DNA from: Candidatus Kapaibacterium sp.
Lineage (GTDB): Bacteria > Bacteroidota > Ignavibacteria > Kapaibacteriales > UBA2268
Assembly: GCA_963665665.1 (NCBI GenBank)
Contig: OY762428.1
Coordinates: 5,280,001 to 5,344,000 of the forward strand
DNA: 64,000 nt
Reading direction: 5' to 3'
The notes beneath the pieces are model-generated. The model was not told the origin of the DNA and did no database searches. It was given only the letters and a program-made list of their open reading frames with translations. This document shows, piece after piece, positions 18,580 through 27,676 of the stretch. The first letter of the stretch is position 1. Every line of letters starts with the position of its first letter. The translations under genes and the position numbers were made by a program.

Positions 18580-20616
18580 CTATAATTTAGCATTATCGAG
18601 ATAATTTTTCAACTCATCAATCAAATTATCGTAATTTTTTAATAATTTTTTTACTTTCTGCTGGTCAAAATTGTTTGCAGCCTTAAGCAAATCATTCCCA
18701 AAGTCACTTATCAGTCCTGTCTGATAACTGTTTCCTGCATCAACAATTTCAAATGCCAGCTCCTTAATCAGTTTCATTCTGCCTGATTTTTTTAATTCAT
18801 CCACTTTAGGGCTGATAAATTTATCAAGCAGGTCCAGCAATATTTTTATCTGATCCGGAAATTCCGAATATCTGGATTCTGTTTCAGACTCGATCAAAAC
18901 TTCCGTTTCACTTTCAATTGTTTCAAAATAAAGGAATTTTCTCATTTCTAACAACAAATTGACGGCTGAAACAGGTTTTTTTACGTAAGAATCTATTCCT
19001 GTATCAAAAAGTTTATCTTTTTCTTCTTCCATCGCAAAAGCAGTTAAACCAATAATGGGTATAGAAGCCGTACCCGGATTTGATTTCAATATAATTGTAG
19101 CTTCAAATCCATCCATTACAGGCATTTTCATATCCATTAAAATAATATCAGGCTTAAAATGCTTCAGTATCTCTACAGCATCCCGGCCATTATCAGTTTC
19201 GTATATATCACTGACTTTATCTTTCAGGATTTCTTTAATGTATTTCCTGTTGTTTTCAACATCATCGGCAATCAAAATCTTTGAACCAGGAAAAATAATA
19301 TTAGTATCAAGTTCGGATTTTGTTTCTGAATAGACAATTTCTTCTTCTGCCGCAATTTCAATTTCGGGCAGGAACACAGTAAATTTTGTACCTCTGTCAG
19401 AGCTTTCAAGGGAAATCGAGCCTCCCATCAATTCAACAAGCCTTTTGGTAATAGTAAGCCCGAGGCCGGTTCCGCCATAGGATTCTGAGTTATTGCTAAC
19501 AGGCTGATAAAATGCTTCGAATACATGTACAATATCTTTTTCAGGAATGCCAATACCGCTGTCCTCCACAATAATTGCAATGCTGGCAATATTTCCGTCA
19601 TTCACGATGTTTGTAGCAGCCAGCCTTATAAAACCTTTTCTTGTAAATTTAACAGCGTTACCCATCAGGTTTATAAGAATTTGTCTCAATCTTGATTCAT
19701 CAACGATCAGGTAAGCAGGAAGATCGTCGTCGATTTCAATACGCATTTCAAGGTCCTTATCCTCGATTCTCAGAATAAATACACCCCGGATATCCGATAA
19801 GAGCCTTTTTATATCAAGGGGCTTAGGTGCAAGGCTGATTTTATCGGCTTCAATTTTTGATAAGTCGAGTATATCATTTATAAGATCCAGAAGATTTTTA
19901 CTGCTGTTAACCACCGAACTGATGTATTCAATATTTTTCGGATCTTTTATTCTGCTCGACAAAAGCTCACTGAATCCAATGATTGCATTCATAGGAGTTC
20001 GGATTTCATGTGACATATTTGCCACGAATTCGCTTTTCAGCCTGTTTGCCGCATCGGCTTTTTCTTTGGCGCGTATAAGGTCCTTTTCAACTTTTTTTCT
20101 TATTGCGATCTCTTCGCTTAATTGTTTAAGATATTTATTTTTTACCTCAACATTGGCACGCAATGAAATATTAGAAAGGGTAAGTTTTTTCAGTTTTATC
20201 AGTGTTTGTGTTCTTGCCAGAAGTTCCCGGTTGTTAAAGGGCTTTACAAGATAGTCATTGGCCCCTGCTTCAAGGCCTTTCACTACATCCTCGGTTTCTT
20301 TCAGTGAAGTCAGGAATAATACAGGAAGTTCATAAAGGCTGAATTTCTTCCTGACATTTGCACATACTTCGTGTCCGTCCATGCCGGGCATCATAACGTC
20401 CAGAATAATCAGGTCAATCCCCTTTATCTGGCTTACTATCTGCAATGCCCTTTCTCCATTTTCGGCTTTGTAGGTTTTGTATCCAAAATGATTCAGGTAT
20501 TTTTCTATAAGCCTCAATGTCATAACATTATCATCAACCACTAATACAATGTTTGACTTTTCTGCGGCCTTGTTGATATGTTCATCTGTTGATTGCATTA
20601 ACTTTTTTCCGGACAT
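18580..20616 (-). CDS. Hybrid histidine kinase (REC-HisKA-HATPase-REC)
   Basis: VLVVDD..LDVMMP, MSHEIRTPMN, NLMGNAVKFT, GGTGLGL, second receiver ILIADD..MDMKMP. Confidence 0.93.
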   Translation of the reverse strand: MSGKKLMQSTDEHINKAAEKSNIVLVVDDNVMTLRLIEKYLNHFGYKTYKAENGERALQIVSQIKGIDLIILDVMMPGMDGHEVCANVRKKFSLYELPVLFLTSLKETEDVVKGLEAGANDYLVKPFNNRELLARTQTLIKLKKLTLSNISLRANVEVKNKYLKQLSEEIAIRKKVEKDLIRAKEKADAANRLKSEFVANMSHEIRTPMNAIIGFSELLSSRIKDPKNIEYISSVVNSSKNLLDLINDILDLSKIEADKISLAPKPLDIKRLLSDIRGVFILRIEDKDLEMRIEIDDDLPAYLIVDESRLRQILINLMGNAVKFTRKGFIRLAATNIVNDGNIASIAIIVEDSGIGIPEKDIVHVFEAFYQPVSNNSESYGGTGLGLTITKRLVELMGGSISLESSDRGTKFTVFLPEIEIAAEEEIVYSETKSELDTNIIFPGSKILIADDVENNRKYIKEILKDKVSDIYETDNGRDAVEILKHFKPDIILMDMKMPVMDGFEATIILKSNPGTASIPIIGLTAFAMEEEKDKLFDTGIDSYVKKPVSAVNLLLEMRKFLYFETIESETEVLIESETESRYSEFPDQIKILLDLLDKFISPKVDELKKSGRMKLIKELAFEIVDAGNSYQTGLISDFGNDLLKAANNFDQQKVKKLLKNYDNLIDELKNYLDNAKL

Positions 20617-20792
20617 CTGTTTTATTTATAATACCAATACCTTTATTCAGCACCAAACTTCACGAATTTATTATCAATAATTAAACCATTTTTTATGCTA
20701 AAATCGTAATATTATTTCAGGTTACAAATTATTAATTATCTTTAATAAAACAAAATATTAAAAATAATATTTCCAATTCGAAATTTATCTTC

Positions 20793-20800
20793 TATATTTG
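20793..20800 (+). promoter_or_regulatory. Bacteroidota-type -7 promoter element TAnnTTTG
   Basis: TATATTTG, 28 nt upstream of the antiporter ATG. Confidence 0.45.
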
Positions 20801-20828
20801 CCTGTAAGTTAAATAATCCGGTAAAGAA

Positions 20829-22064
20829 ATGGACATATTTGGAATAATCTCGGTATTACTTACATTAACTGCACTATTCAGCTATATTAATTATAAATTC
20901 TTAAAACTACCTGCAACAATAGGTGTTATGTTAATTTCACTTGTTATATCACTTAGCCTGATACTGATTTCAGGTAGTTCGGGTGATTTTGCACAAAAGG
21001 CAACCTTATGGCTGAACAAAATCGATTTTGATTACGCTGTAATGCAGGGCATGCTTAGTTTTTTACTTTTTGCCGGTGCGTTGCATGTAAATATCAATGA
21101 TCTGGCTAAAGAAAAACTAACGATAACATTACTTGCTACTCTCGGAGTTGTCCTTTCTACATTTATATTCGGAAGCCTGTTTTACCTGATAAACCTTGCA
21201 TTCGGATTTGGAGTTGACTTTATATACTGCCTGCTTTTCGGTTCGATCATATCGCCGACGGATCCCATAGCTGTACTCGGCATACTGAAAACAACCGGGG
21301 CGCCAAAAGACCTTGAAACAGTTATAGCCGGAGAATCCTTATTTAACGATGGTATAGGTGTTGTGGTGTTCCTGGTAATTTCAGGAATAGCTTTTGGCGG
21401 TGGCGATGTAAGTTTTACATCCGCAGCATGGCTTTTTACAGAAGAAGCAGTCGGGGGTGCATTGCTTGGAATAATACTTGGATGGACATCCTACTACTTG
21501 CTGAAATCAATTGATAATTACCAGGTTGAAGCTTTGATAACGCTGGCTCTTGTAATGGGAGGCTATAAACTGGCTTCTTCATTTCACATGTCAGGCCCCA
21601 TTGCAATTGTTGTTGCCGGATTATTTATCGGAAATAAAGGAAGAAACTTCGCAATGTCCGATAATACCCGAAACAGGCTGGATGATTTCTGGGAATTGAT
21701 CGATGAAATACTCAATTCAATACTATTTGTACTGATTGGGCTTGAACTATTAGTACTTACTCTGAATTTTCAATGGTTTGCCGCCGGATTAATTGTAATT
21801 CCACTTGTTCTTTTATCACGTTTTGTAAGTGTTTCACTACCACTTCTTGTGCTAAAATTCAAAGGTGAAAAGAAGAAAGGCTTGATTCCTGTTTTAACCT
21901 GGGGAGGTTTGCGCGGTGGAATTTCAGTTGCTCTTGCCCTTTCGCTTCCTCCGTCAGCCGAAAGGGATATAATATTGGTATTTACATATATTGTGGTAAT
22001 ATTTTCAATTTCCGTGCAAGGCTTATCAATTAAAAAACTGGTTAATAAAGTCATAAACAATTGA
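20829..22064 (+). CDS. nhaP: CPA1 family Na+/H+ antiporter
   Basis: Multi-TM protein; SPTDPIAV, GESLFNDG and WGGLRGGISVALAL motifs. Confidence 0.9.
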   Translation: MDIFGIISVLLTLTALFSYINYKFLKLPATIGVMLISLVISLSLILISGSSGDFAQKATLWLNKIDFDYAVMQGMLSFLLFAGALHVNINDLAKEKLTITLLATLGVVLSTFIFGSLFYLINLAFGFGVDFIYCLLFGSIISPTDPIAVLGILKTTGAPKDLETVIAGESLFNDGIGVVVFLVISGIAFGGGDVSFTSAAWLFTEEAVGGALLGIILGWTSYYLLKSIDNYQVEALITLALVMGGYKLASSFHMSGPIAIVVAGLFIGNKGRNFAMSDNTRNRLDDFWELIDEILNSILFVLIGLELLVLTLNFQWFAAGLIVIPLVLLSRFVSVSLPLLVLKFKGEKKKGLIPVLTWGGLRGGISVALALSLPPSAERDIILVFTYIVVIFSISVQGLSIKKLVNKVINN

Positions 22065-22180
22065 AATTAAAGCTTATATAGTTTAGCAACATTCCAATAC
22101 GAAAAATAATTATATTAAAAATCAGTAATTTTTAATGCGTAAAATTCTGAAAATGTTGCTAAATTGCAATTAATAGTAAT

Positions 22181-22762
22181 GTGACTTTTTGGTCGGAAGT
22201 ATTGAACTATTTTTTTGTTCTTATGATTGCAATTACTCTCGGAATAGATGCCTTTGCTGTTTCATTTGCCGGTGGTGCATACTACGGCAAAGCTGATAAA
22301 AGGCAAAAATTCCGCCTATCATTCCATTTTGGACTTTTCCAGTTTTTGATGCCAATTATCGGATGGCTTGCAGGTGCAAGTATTGTTGATATTGTTGCAG
22401 ATTATGACCATTGGATAGCTTTTGGCTTATTAGCTCTGATCGGCGGGAATATGATCCGGGATTCTTTTTCGGATGATGAGAAGATCAGGAAAGATATATC
22501 CAAAGGTTTTTCTCTTATCAGTTTATCGGTAGCAACAAGCATTGACGCACTTGCGGTTGGGTTCAGCCTGGGAATTGTGGGTGATAAAATTATTATTCCG
22601 GCAATTATTATCGGGATTGTAGCTGCCATTATGAGCCTTGCGGGAATCAAATTGGGTGAAATATCGAACAGGAAATTTGGCGGAAGAATTTCTATGGCCG
22701 GGGGTATTATCCTTATTTTAATAGGTATATCGATACTTGCGGAACATTTAGAGCTTTATTAA
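22181..22762 (+). CDS. mntP: Manganese efflux pump MntP family
   Basis: LGIDAFAVS, FGLFQFLMP, DHWIAFGLL, ATSIDALAVG. Confidence 0.9.
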   Translation: MTFWSEVLNYFFVLMIAITLGIDAFAVSFAGGAYYGKADKRQKFRLSFHFGLFQFLMPIIGWLAGASIVDIVADYDHWIAFGLLALIGGNMIRDSFSDDEKIRKDISKGFSLISLSVATSIDALAVGFSLGIVGDKIIIPAIIIGIVAAIMSLAGIKLGEISNRKFGGRISMAGGIILILIGISILAEHLELY

Positions 22763-22781
22763 CAGAAAAAAGGATTATTTC

Positions 22782-23759
22782 ATGATGATAAAAACAGCTA
22801 TTGTACAGATCCCACCGGTTTTCATGAATCTGGAAGAATCAACATCACTGGCTGATAAATTAATCAGGGAAGCTGCTTCTAATGGTGCCCGTGTTATAGC
22901 TTTTCCGGAAACCTGGCTGACAGGCTACCCGGTATGGATTGATAATGCCCCGAAGGCAGCTGTATGGGATTTTCCTCCTGCTAAAGAATTGTTTGTTCTT
23001 ATGCATGAAAATTCTGTTGATATCGAAGGCCCGGAAATCAAACAATTGCACAATACAGCAGTTGAAAACAATGTAATTGTAGTGCTGGGAGCTAACGAAA
23101 AACTCGGTGGTACTATTTATAATTCTCAAATTTATTTAACTCCGGATCCGGAACAAATAATTGTTCACAGAAAGCTGGTTCCTACTTATACAGAAAGAAT
23201 GGTATACGGCAGGGGCGACGGAAGCGGATTATTTCCACTTGAATCTGAATTTGGCGTTATTGGGGGGCTAATATGCTGGGAACACTGGATGCCAGCTGCC
23301 AGAATGGCCATGCATTCAACTAATGAGTTAATACATATTGCTCAATGGCCATCTGTAAATGACCTGCATTTTATGGCAAGCCGGCATTATGCCTTCGAAG
23401 GCGGAACTTACGTACTGGCCTGTGGAACGGTTCTGTCAAAAGGAGACGTGATAGAAGGGATTAAAAGCCAAAAAAAAATATCGGATTCTGTTATTGAATT
23501 ACTTGAATCAATAGAAGGTAATAACTCAAAGCTTTTGCAAACAGGTGGCAGTTGTGTTATTTCCCCTGATACATCTTTGATCACAGATCGGGTATTCAAC
23601 GAGAAAACAATTATTTATTCTGATTTTGAAACCAGGGATTGTACAAAATCAAAACTCACCCTTGATGTGAACGGCCACTATTCCCGCCCGGATATTTTTG
23701 AGCTGGAAATTGACAGAAGGCCATTATTGAATATTTCTCAACAAACGATAGTTGAATAA
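22782..23759 (+). CDS. Nitrilase (carbon-nitrogen hydrolase family)
   Basis: Catalytic triad motifs FPETW, HRKLVPTYTER and LICWEH; GHYSRPDIF. Confidence 0.9.
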   Translation: MMIKTAIVQIPPVFMNLEESTSLADKLIREAASNGARVIAFPETWLTGYPVWIDNAPKAAVWDFPPAKELFVLMHENSVDIEGPEIKQLHNTAVENNVIVVLGANEKLGGTIYNSQIYLTPDPEQIIVHRKLVPTYTERMVYGRGDGSGLFPLESEFGVIGGLICWEHWMPAARMAMHSTNELIHIAQWPSVNDLHFMASRHYAFEGGTYVLACGTVLSKGDVIEGIKSQKKISDSVIELLESIEGNNSKLLQTGGSCVISPDTSLITDRVFNEKTIIYSDFETRDCTKSKLTLDVNGHYSRPDIFELEIDRRPLLNISQQTIVE

Positions 23760-24154
23760 TGGATAACCTGAAATTATTACTTGTCATATTTGTTGGCGGA
23801 GGCCTTGGAGCAACTTTAAGATACACTGCCGGTAATTATATCCATGAATTATTGCAGAGGTTCAATTTCCCCTATGGTACTATTGCCGTTAATATTCTCG
23901 GATGTCTGCTTATTGGTTTTCTCGGAGGTTTTTTTGATTCCAGGGAATATCTTTCTACTGAAGTGCGTGCTTTTCTTATTATAGGTATGCTTGGTGGTTT
24001 TACTACTTTTTCAAGCTTCGGCTTCGAAACATTCAAATTATTACAGGAATCCCAGATTTTTAAAGCTTTTATAAATGTCTTTGCATCAATAACTTTTGGG
24101 ATACTGGCGGTATTCGCGGGATATATCCTGTCTATATATGCAAATAAGGTTTAA
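23759..24154 (+). CDS. crcB: Fluoride efflux channel CrcB/Fluc
   Basis: GGGLGATLRY, FPYGTIAVNILG, GGFTTFSSF. Confidence 0.95.
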   Translation: MDNLKLLLVIFVGGGLGATLRYTAGNYIHELLQRFNFPYGTIAVNILGCLLIGFLGGFFDSREYLSTEVRAFLIIGMLGGFTTFSSFGFETFKLLQESQIFKAFINVFASITFGILAVFAGYILSIYANKV

Positions 24155-24188
24155 TTTTAATAATAATTTAAAAACAGGGGGATATTTA

Positions 24189-24641
24189 ATGAAAACGAGG
24201 ATTATTTTAATTTTGATTTTATTTTTCGGGATTTCAGTTTTTGCAAACAATAAAACAGCAAAATCAGGGCGCGGCACTTTAATAGTGGAAGTTGTATCAC
24301 TAAAAAGTAATAAGGGAATTATACGTTCACACCTATACGATAATTCATCTGATTTTCCAACATCCTGCCGCAATGCCGTAATGAAGAATACTTCGTCAGA
24401 GCTATCTAACCACAAAGCAATTATTGTTTATAAGGATGTGCCTTATGGTGAATACGCAATGACAACTCATCACGATGAGAACAATAACGGTAAAATGGAT
24501 AAAACCTGGATTGGAATGCCCGACGAGGGATGGGGTGTTTCAAACGATGCAGAAGCTCTGATAGCTCTCCCGGATTATGATGATGCAAAATTTGTAATAA
24601 ATTCAGAGAAAAAGACAATTAAAATAACTATGCGTTATTGA
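24189..24641 (+). CDS. DUF2141 domain secreted protein
   Basis: Signal peptide from ATG 24189 (GGGGGA RBS); YGEYA..HDENNNGKMD..GMPDEGWGVSND. Confidence 0.85.
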   Translation: MKTRIILILILFFGISVFANNKTAKSGRGTLIVEVVSLKSNKGIIRSHLYDNSSDFPTSCRNAVMKNTSSELSNHKAIIVYKDVPYGEYAMTTHHDENNNGKMDKTWIGMPDEGWGVSNDAEALIALPDYDDAKFVINSEKKTIKITMRY

Positions 24642-25507
24642 TTGAACAGGGCATCGATGTCATCCTGGCTGACTTCATCATCAGAATCCCCGCCACCGCC
24701 AAATAAAGCGTCAATATCATCGGCAGAGACTTCTTCATCATCTTCTGTCGGTATTTCTTCAATACCGGCCTGTGCAGCAAACAAAGCATCAATGTCATCA
24801 ACATCTATGTCATCGTCATCATCAGAACTGTCTTCCTTAAGATCATCATCAGTCAGTGAACCGTCGGCATGTTTCTGCATTAAAGCATCTACTTCATCCT
24901 GGCGGTTATCTTTCTTTGTCAAAGCATCAATAGCTTCCGGGTCGAAAGCAATTTCCCTGTGCAGGGTTGAAATATTGGTATCCGGATCATCATTAGTACC
25001 AGAGGACATTTCCGGGCTGTCGATGAATGCCATGAGCGCTTCAGTATTGAACTGGCCAACAATTGCATTAAGCTTCCTTTGCATTGTTGTCAGAAGATGG
25101 TTAACAGCCGCAATCTGCTGCGATGTAATATCCTGAACCTGAAGAGCCATCATAATAGCCATCGAATCGCCATTAATATCATTTATTATATTGTTTGCCT
25201 GCTCAATAACGCCATTATTCTCATCGCCCTGAATATTATTCAATAATTCAGATATTGAAGTTGATTTCTGAGTGATACCATCAACAGTATTAAGAATTTC
25301 ATTTGTTGCCATTTCAGTAGCTTCAGTAACTTTAGTAAGCTTTTTGGTAGCTTTCGGAACTTTTTTTACATTATCGTTAATTGTCAGGTTCACATTATCC
25401 ACAATAGGCTTCACTTCCTTGATGAAATTTATCATCTCATTCAGGAAGGGCATAATTTGCAATTCTTCGGCCTTTTTTTCCAATTCGTTAATGTCAATTT
25501 TACTCAT
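24635..25507 (-). CDS. cheZ: CheZ-like chemotaxis phosphatase
   Basis: L..VTEATEMATNEIL; IMMALQVQDITSQQI (DxxxQ catalytic motif); acidic linker; C-terminal SQDDIDALF. Confidence 0.75.
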   Translation of the reverse strand: MSKIDINELEKKAEELQIMPFLNEMINFIKEVKPIVDNVNLTINDNVKKVPKATKKLTKVTEATEMATNEILNTVDGITQKSTSISELLNNIQGDENNGVIEQANNIINDINGDSMAIMMALQVQDITSQQIAAVNHLLTTMQRKLNAIVGQFNTEALMAFIDSPEMSSGTNDDPDTNISTLHREIAFDPEAIDALTKKDNRQDEVDALMQKHADGSLTDDDLKEDSSDDDDDIDVDDIDALFAAQAGIEEIPTEDDEEVSADDIDALFGGGGDSDDEVSQDDIDALFNQ

Positions 25508-25674
25508 TTTTGTTCCGAAAAGGTTATGAAATCACAATTATTTTAAGATAACACTTTTTTTAAATTAAAAAAACGAAATTGTTACAAAATTAACGTTATA
25601 TAATATTCACAATTACTGTTTGCCACATTTTCATTATATTCGGATTGATGTAAAATTACTTATAGGGAATAACC

Positions 25675-26379
25675 ATGAAAAGATTATTATTAGTGAGCAA
25701 TTCAACGCTACATGGCAGCGGATATCTTGACCATTGTGCAGAAGAAATCAAGTCATTTCTTGGCAATACAATAAAAAAAGTACTATTTGTTCCTTTTGCC
25801 AGGCCTGGTGGCATCAGCCATGACGTATACACATCCAAGGCCTCGGAAAGATATGCTGAATTGGGATATGAGCTTATAGGATTACATACCTTTGATGATC
25901 CGAAGAAAGCAGTAGAAGAAGCTGAAGCTATGTTTATTGGCGGAGGTAACACTTTTGTTTTGCTTGGAGGGCTTCAGGAAGCGGGAATTATTGAGCTTAT
26001 CAGGGAAAAAATCGAGAACGGAATGCCGTATATCGGAACAAGTGCAGGTTCTAACGTTGCCTGCCCGACTATAATGACTACTAACGATATGCCCGTTAAA
26101 CAATTGAATAATTTTAATGCAATTAATGTATTTCCCTATCAGATAAATGCACACTACCTGGATCCGGACCCGAACTCAACCCATAAAGGTGAAACAAGAG
26201 AAACAAGGCTTAAAGAATACATGGTATTCAACGAAACGCCAATAATAGGACTGCGCGAGGGATGTATGGTTCACGTGGAAGGAGAAAAAATGCTGTTGAA
26301 AGGCAGCACAGGTGCCAGGATATTCAAACGTGGGCATGACCCCATGGAAATCAGCCCGGTTTGCGAGATAAAGATCTAA
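25675..26379 (+). CDS. pepE: Dipeptidase E (peptidase S51)
   Basis: LLVSNST, IGGGNTF, GTSAGSNV, TTNDMP, QINAHY, GETRETR. Confidence 0.95.
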   Translation: MKRLLLVSNSTLHGSGYLDHCAEEIKSFLGNTIKKVLFVPFARPGGISHDVYTSKASERYAELGYELIGLHTFDDPKKAVEEAEAMFIGGGNTFVLLGGLQEAGIIELIREKIENGMPYIGTSAGSNVACPTIMTTNDMPVKQLNNFNAINVFPYQINAHYLDPDPNSTHKGETRETRLKEYMVFNETPIIGLREGCMVHVEGEKMLLKGSTGARIFKRGHDPMEISPVCEIKI

Positions 26380-26465
26380 TATTTATTAAAAAATAAAGAT
26401 TGAAATGGCGGAACAGGTTCGTGAGAAGCCGGACGAGTACTGTTAAATTCCATTCTGATTTCTCT

Positions 26466-26572
26466 CCTTCCCAGGTTGTACCTGGGAAGGATTATTCCCA
26501 CAAAGTTTTACTTTGAAATAGAGAAGCATAACTTCAAATGAAAATTGCATTACGAAGTACAAGTTCGTAATG
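26466..26572 (-). repeat. REP doublet (REPIN-like), copy 2 of 3, inverted
   Basis: CCTTCCCAGGT-TGT-ACCTGGGAAGG and CATTACGAAGT-ACA-AGTTCGTAATG. Confidence 0.85.
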
Positions 26573-26582
26573 AGGGGGCATC

Positions 26583-26607
26583 GTAGGGGCAACCCTTGTG
26601 GTTGCCC
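26583..26607 (+). repeat. GTAG-type REP hairpin
   Basis: GTAG followed by the GGGCAACC-CTTGT-GGTTGCCC hairpin. Confidence 0.75.
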
Positions 26608-26611
26608 GAAA

Positions 26612-26870
26612 AAGAATCCATCTTTGTTCGCCAGATAATGTGTGAAGAATGGATTCTTCGCTGGCGCTCAGAATGACCTTCCAGCCTTATAATCGTCAAA
26701 TTCAATAGCCACGTGCTTTAGCGCGTGGATAATGACGCCCTGGTCGGAAGCAAAGAAAGAAAACCTCCCCTGTATTCCCCTCCTCCCCGAGGAGGGGATA
26801 AGAAATTAAATATCATAGAATTAACTCCCCCTTCTTCCGAAGGATGTGGCCGGGGGGAGGTAGGAAGGGT
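26612..26870 (-). repeat. Composite REP-like block, inverted homolog of about 16075-16384
   Basis: GGATTCTTCGCTGGCGCTCAGAATGAC, CGTCAAATTCAATAGCCACGTG, TTCCCCTCCT..AGGAGGGGATAAGAA. Confidence 0.85.
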
Positions 26871-26879
26871 CGAAAGCAA

Positions 26880-27179
26880 AGCACCGATGTTTGATTCTAT
26901 TGTTTCCTTGTTCGGAGTTATTGATGCCTTGTTCGGAGTCATTGCCGCCTTGTTTGAAGATAATGAACTCTTGTTTGAAGCTATTGCAGCAATGTTTGGC
27001 TTCATTGCTGCCTTGTTCCAAATCGATGCACCGATGTTTGATGATAATGAACTCTTGTTTGAAGCTATTGCAGCGATGTTTGATGATAATGAACTCTTGG
27101 TCGACACTATTGCAGCGATGTTTGATGATATTGCTGCCTTGTTTGAAGGCATTGAACTCTTGTTCGGAGGCAAAGAACA
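26880..27179 (-). repeat. Degenerate 21-nt array, arm 2 of fold-back element B
   Basis: 21-nt phased CTTGTT/GATGTTTG cores; homologous to 15593-15972. Confidence 0.9.
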
Positions 27180-27475
27180 TGTTCAATAATGTCAAACAAG
27201 CGTGGGATGAAGTCAAACAAGCGTGGGATGAAGTCAAACAAGCGTGGGATAAAGTCAAACAAGCGTGGGATGAGGCCAAACAAGCGTGGAATAAAGTCAA
27301 ACAAGCGTGGGATAAAGTCAAACAAGCGTGGGATAAAGTCAAACAAGCGTGGGATAAAGTCAAACAAGCGTGGAATAAAGTCAAACAAGCGTGGGATAAA
27401 GTCAAACAAGCGTGGGATAAAGTCAAACAAGCGTGGAATGAGGCCAAATTTCACTACATTAAGGCCAAACAGTAG
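27179..27475 (+). CDS. Possible 98-aa heptad-repeat protein (WDKVKQA)n; coding status uncertain
   Basis: GGAGG 8 nt before ATG 27179; amphipathic heptad; same length and C-terminus as 15297-15593. Confidence 0.25.
   Translation: MFNNVKQAWDEVKQAWDEVKQAWDKVKQAWDEAKQAWNKVKQAWDKVKQAWDKVKQAWDKVKQAWNKVKQAWDKVKQAWDKVKQAWNEAKFHYIKAKQ
27180..27445 (-). repeat. 21-nt tandem array, arm 1 of fold-back element B (12 units, + strand TAAAGTCAAACAAGCGTGGGA)
   Basis: Directly visible; 12 PRLF-containing heptads in the ORF track. Confidence 0.95.
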
Positions 27476-27676
27476 TTCAATACCACCGGCCAAGGCAGTT
27501 TAAAGCTCTGCCAACAAAGCATTTAGCCCAAACATCAGGATTCTGGTTCAAAACAGCATTGAAGTTAGGAAATTATCCGATTCATTGAAACCACAGGATA
27601 GGGAATTAAGGCCGACGTCCTGTTCATTGGGGTGGAAGAACGGGTAAACAGAGCAAAAGCATGAGGCGATTATGTT

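Noticed and set aside
22065-22180. yybP-ykoY Mn riboswitch before mntP
   Set aside because: The region is AT-rich and lacks the conserved riboswitch motifs
23700-23760. Fluoride riboswitch before crcB
   Set aside because: There is no leader: crcB overlaps the nitrilase stop codon
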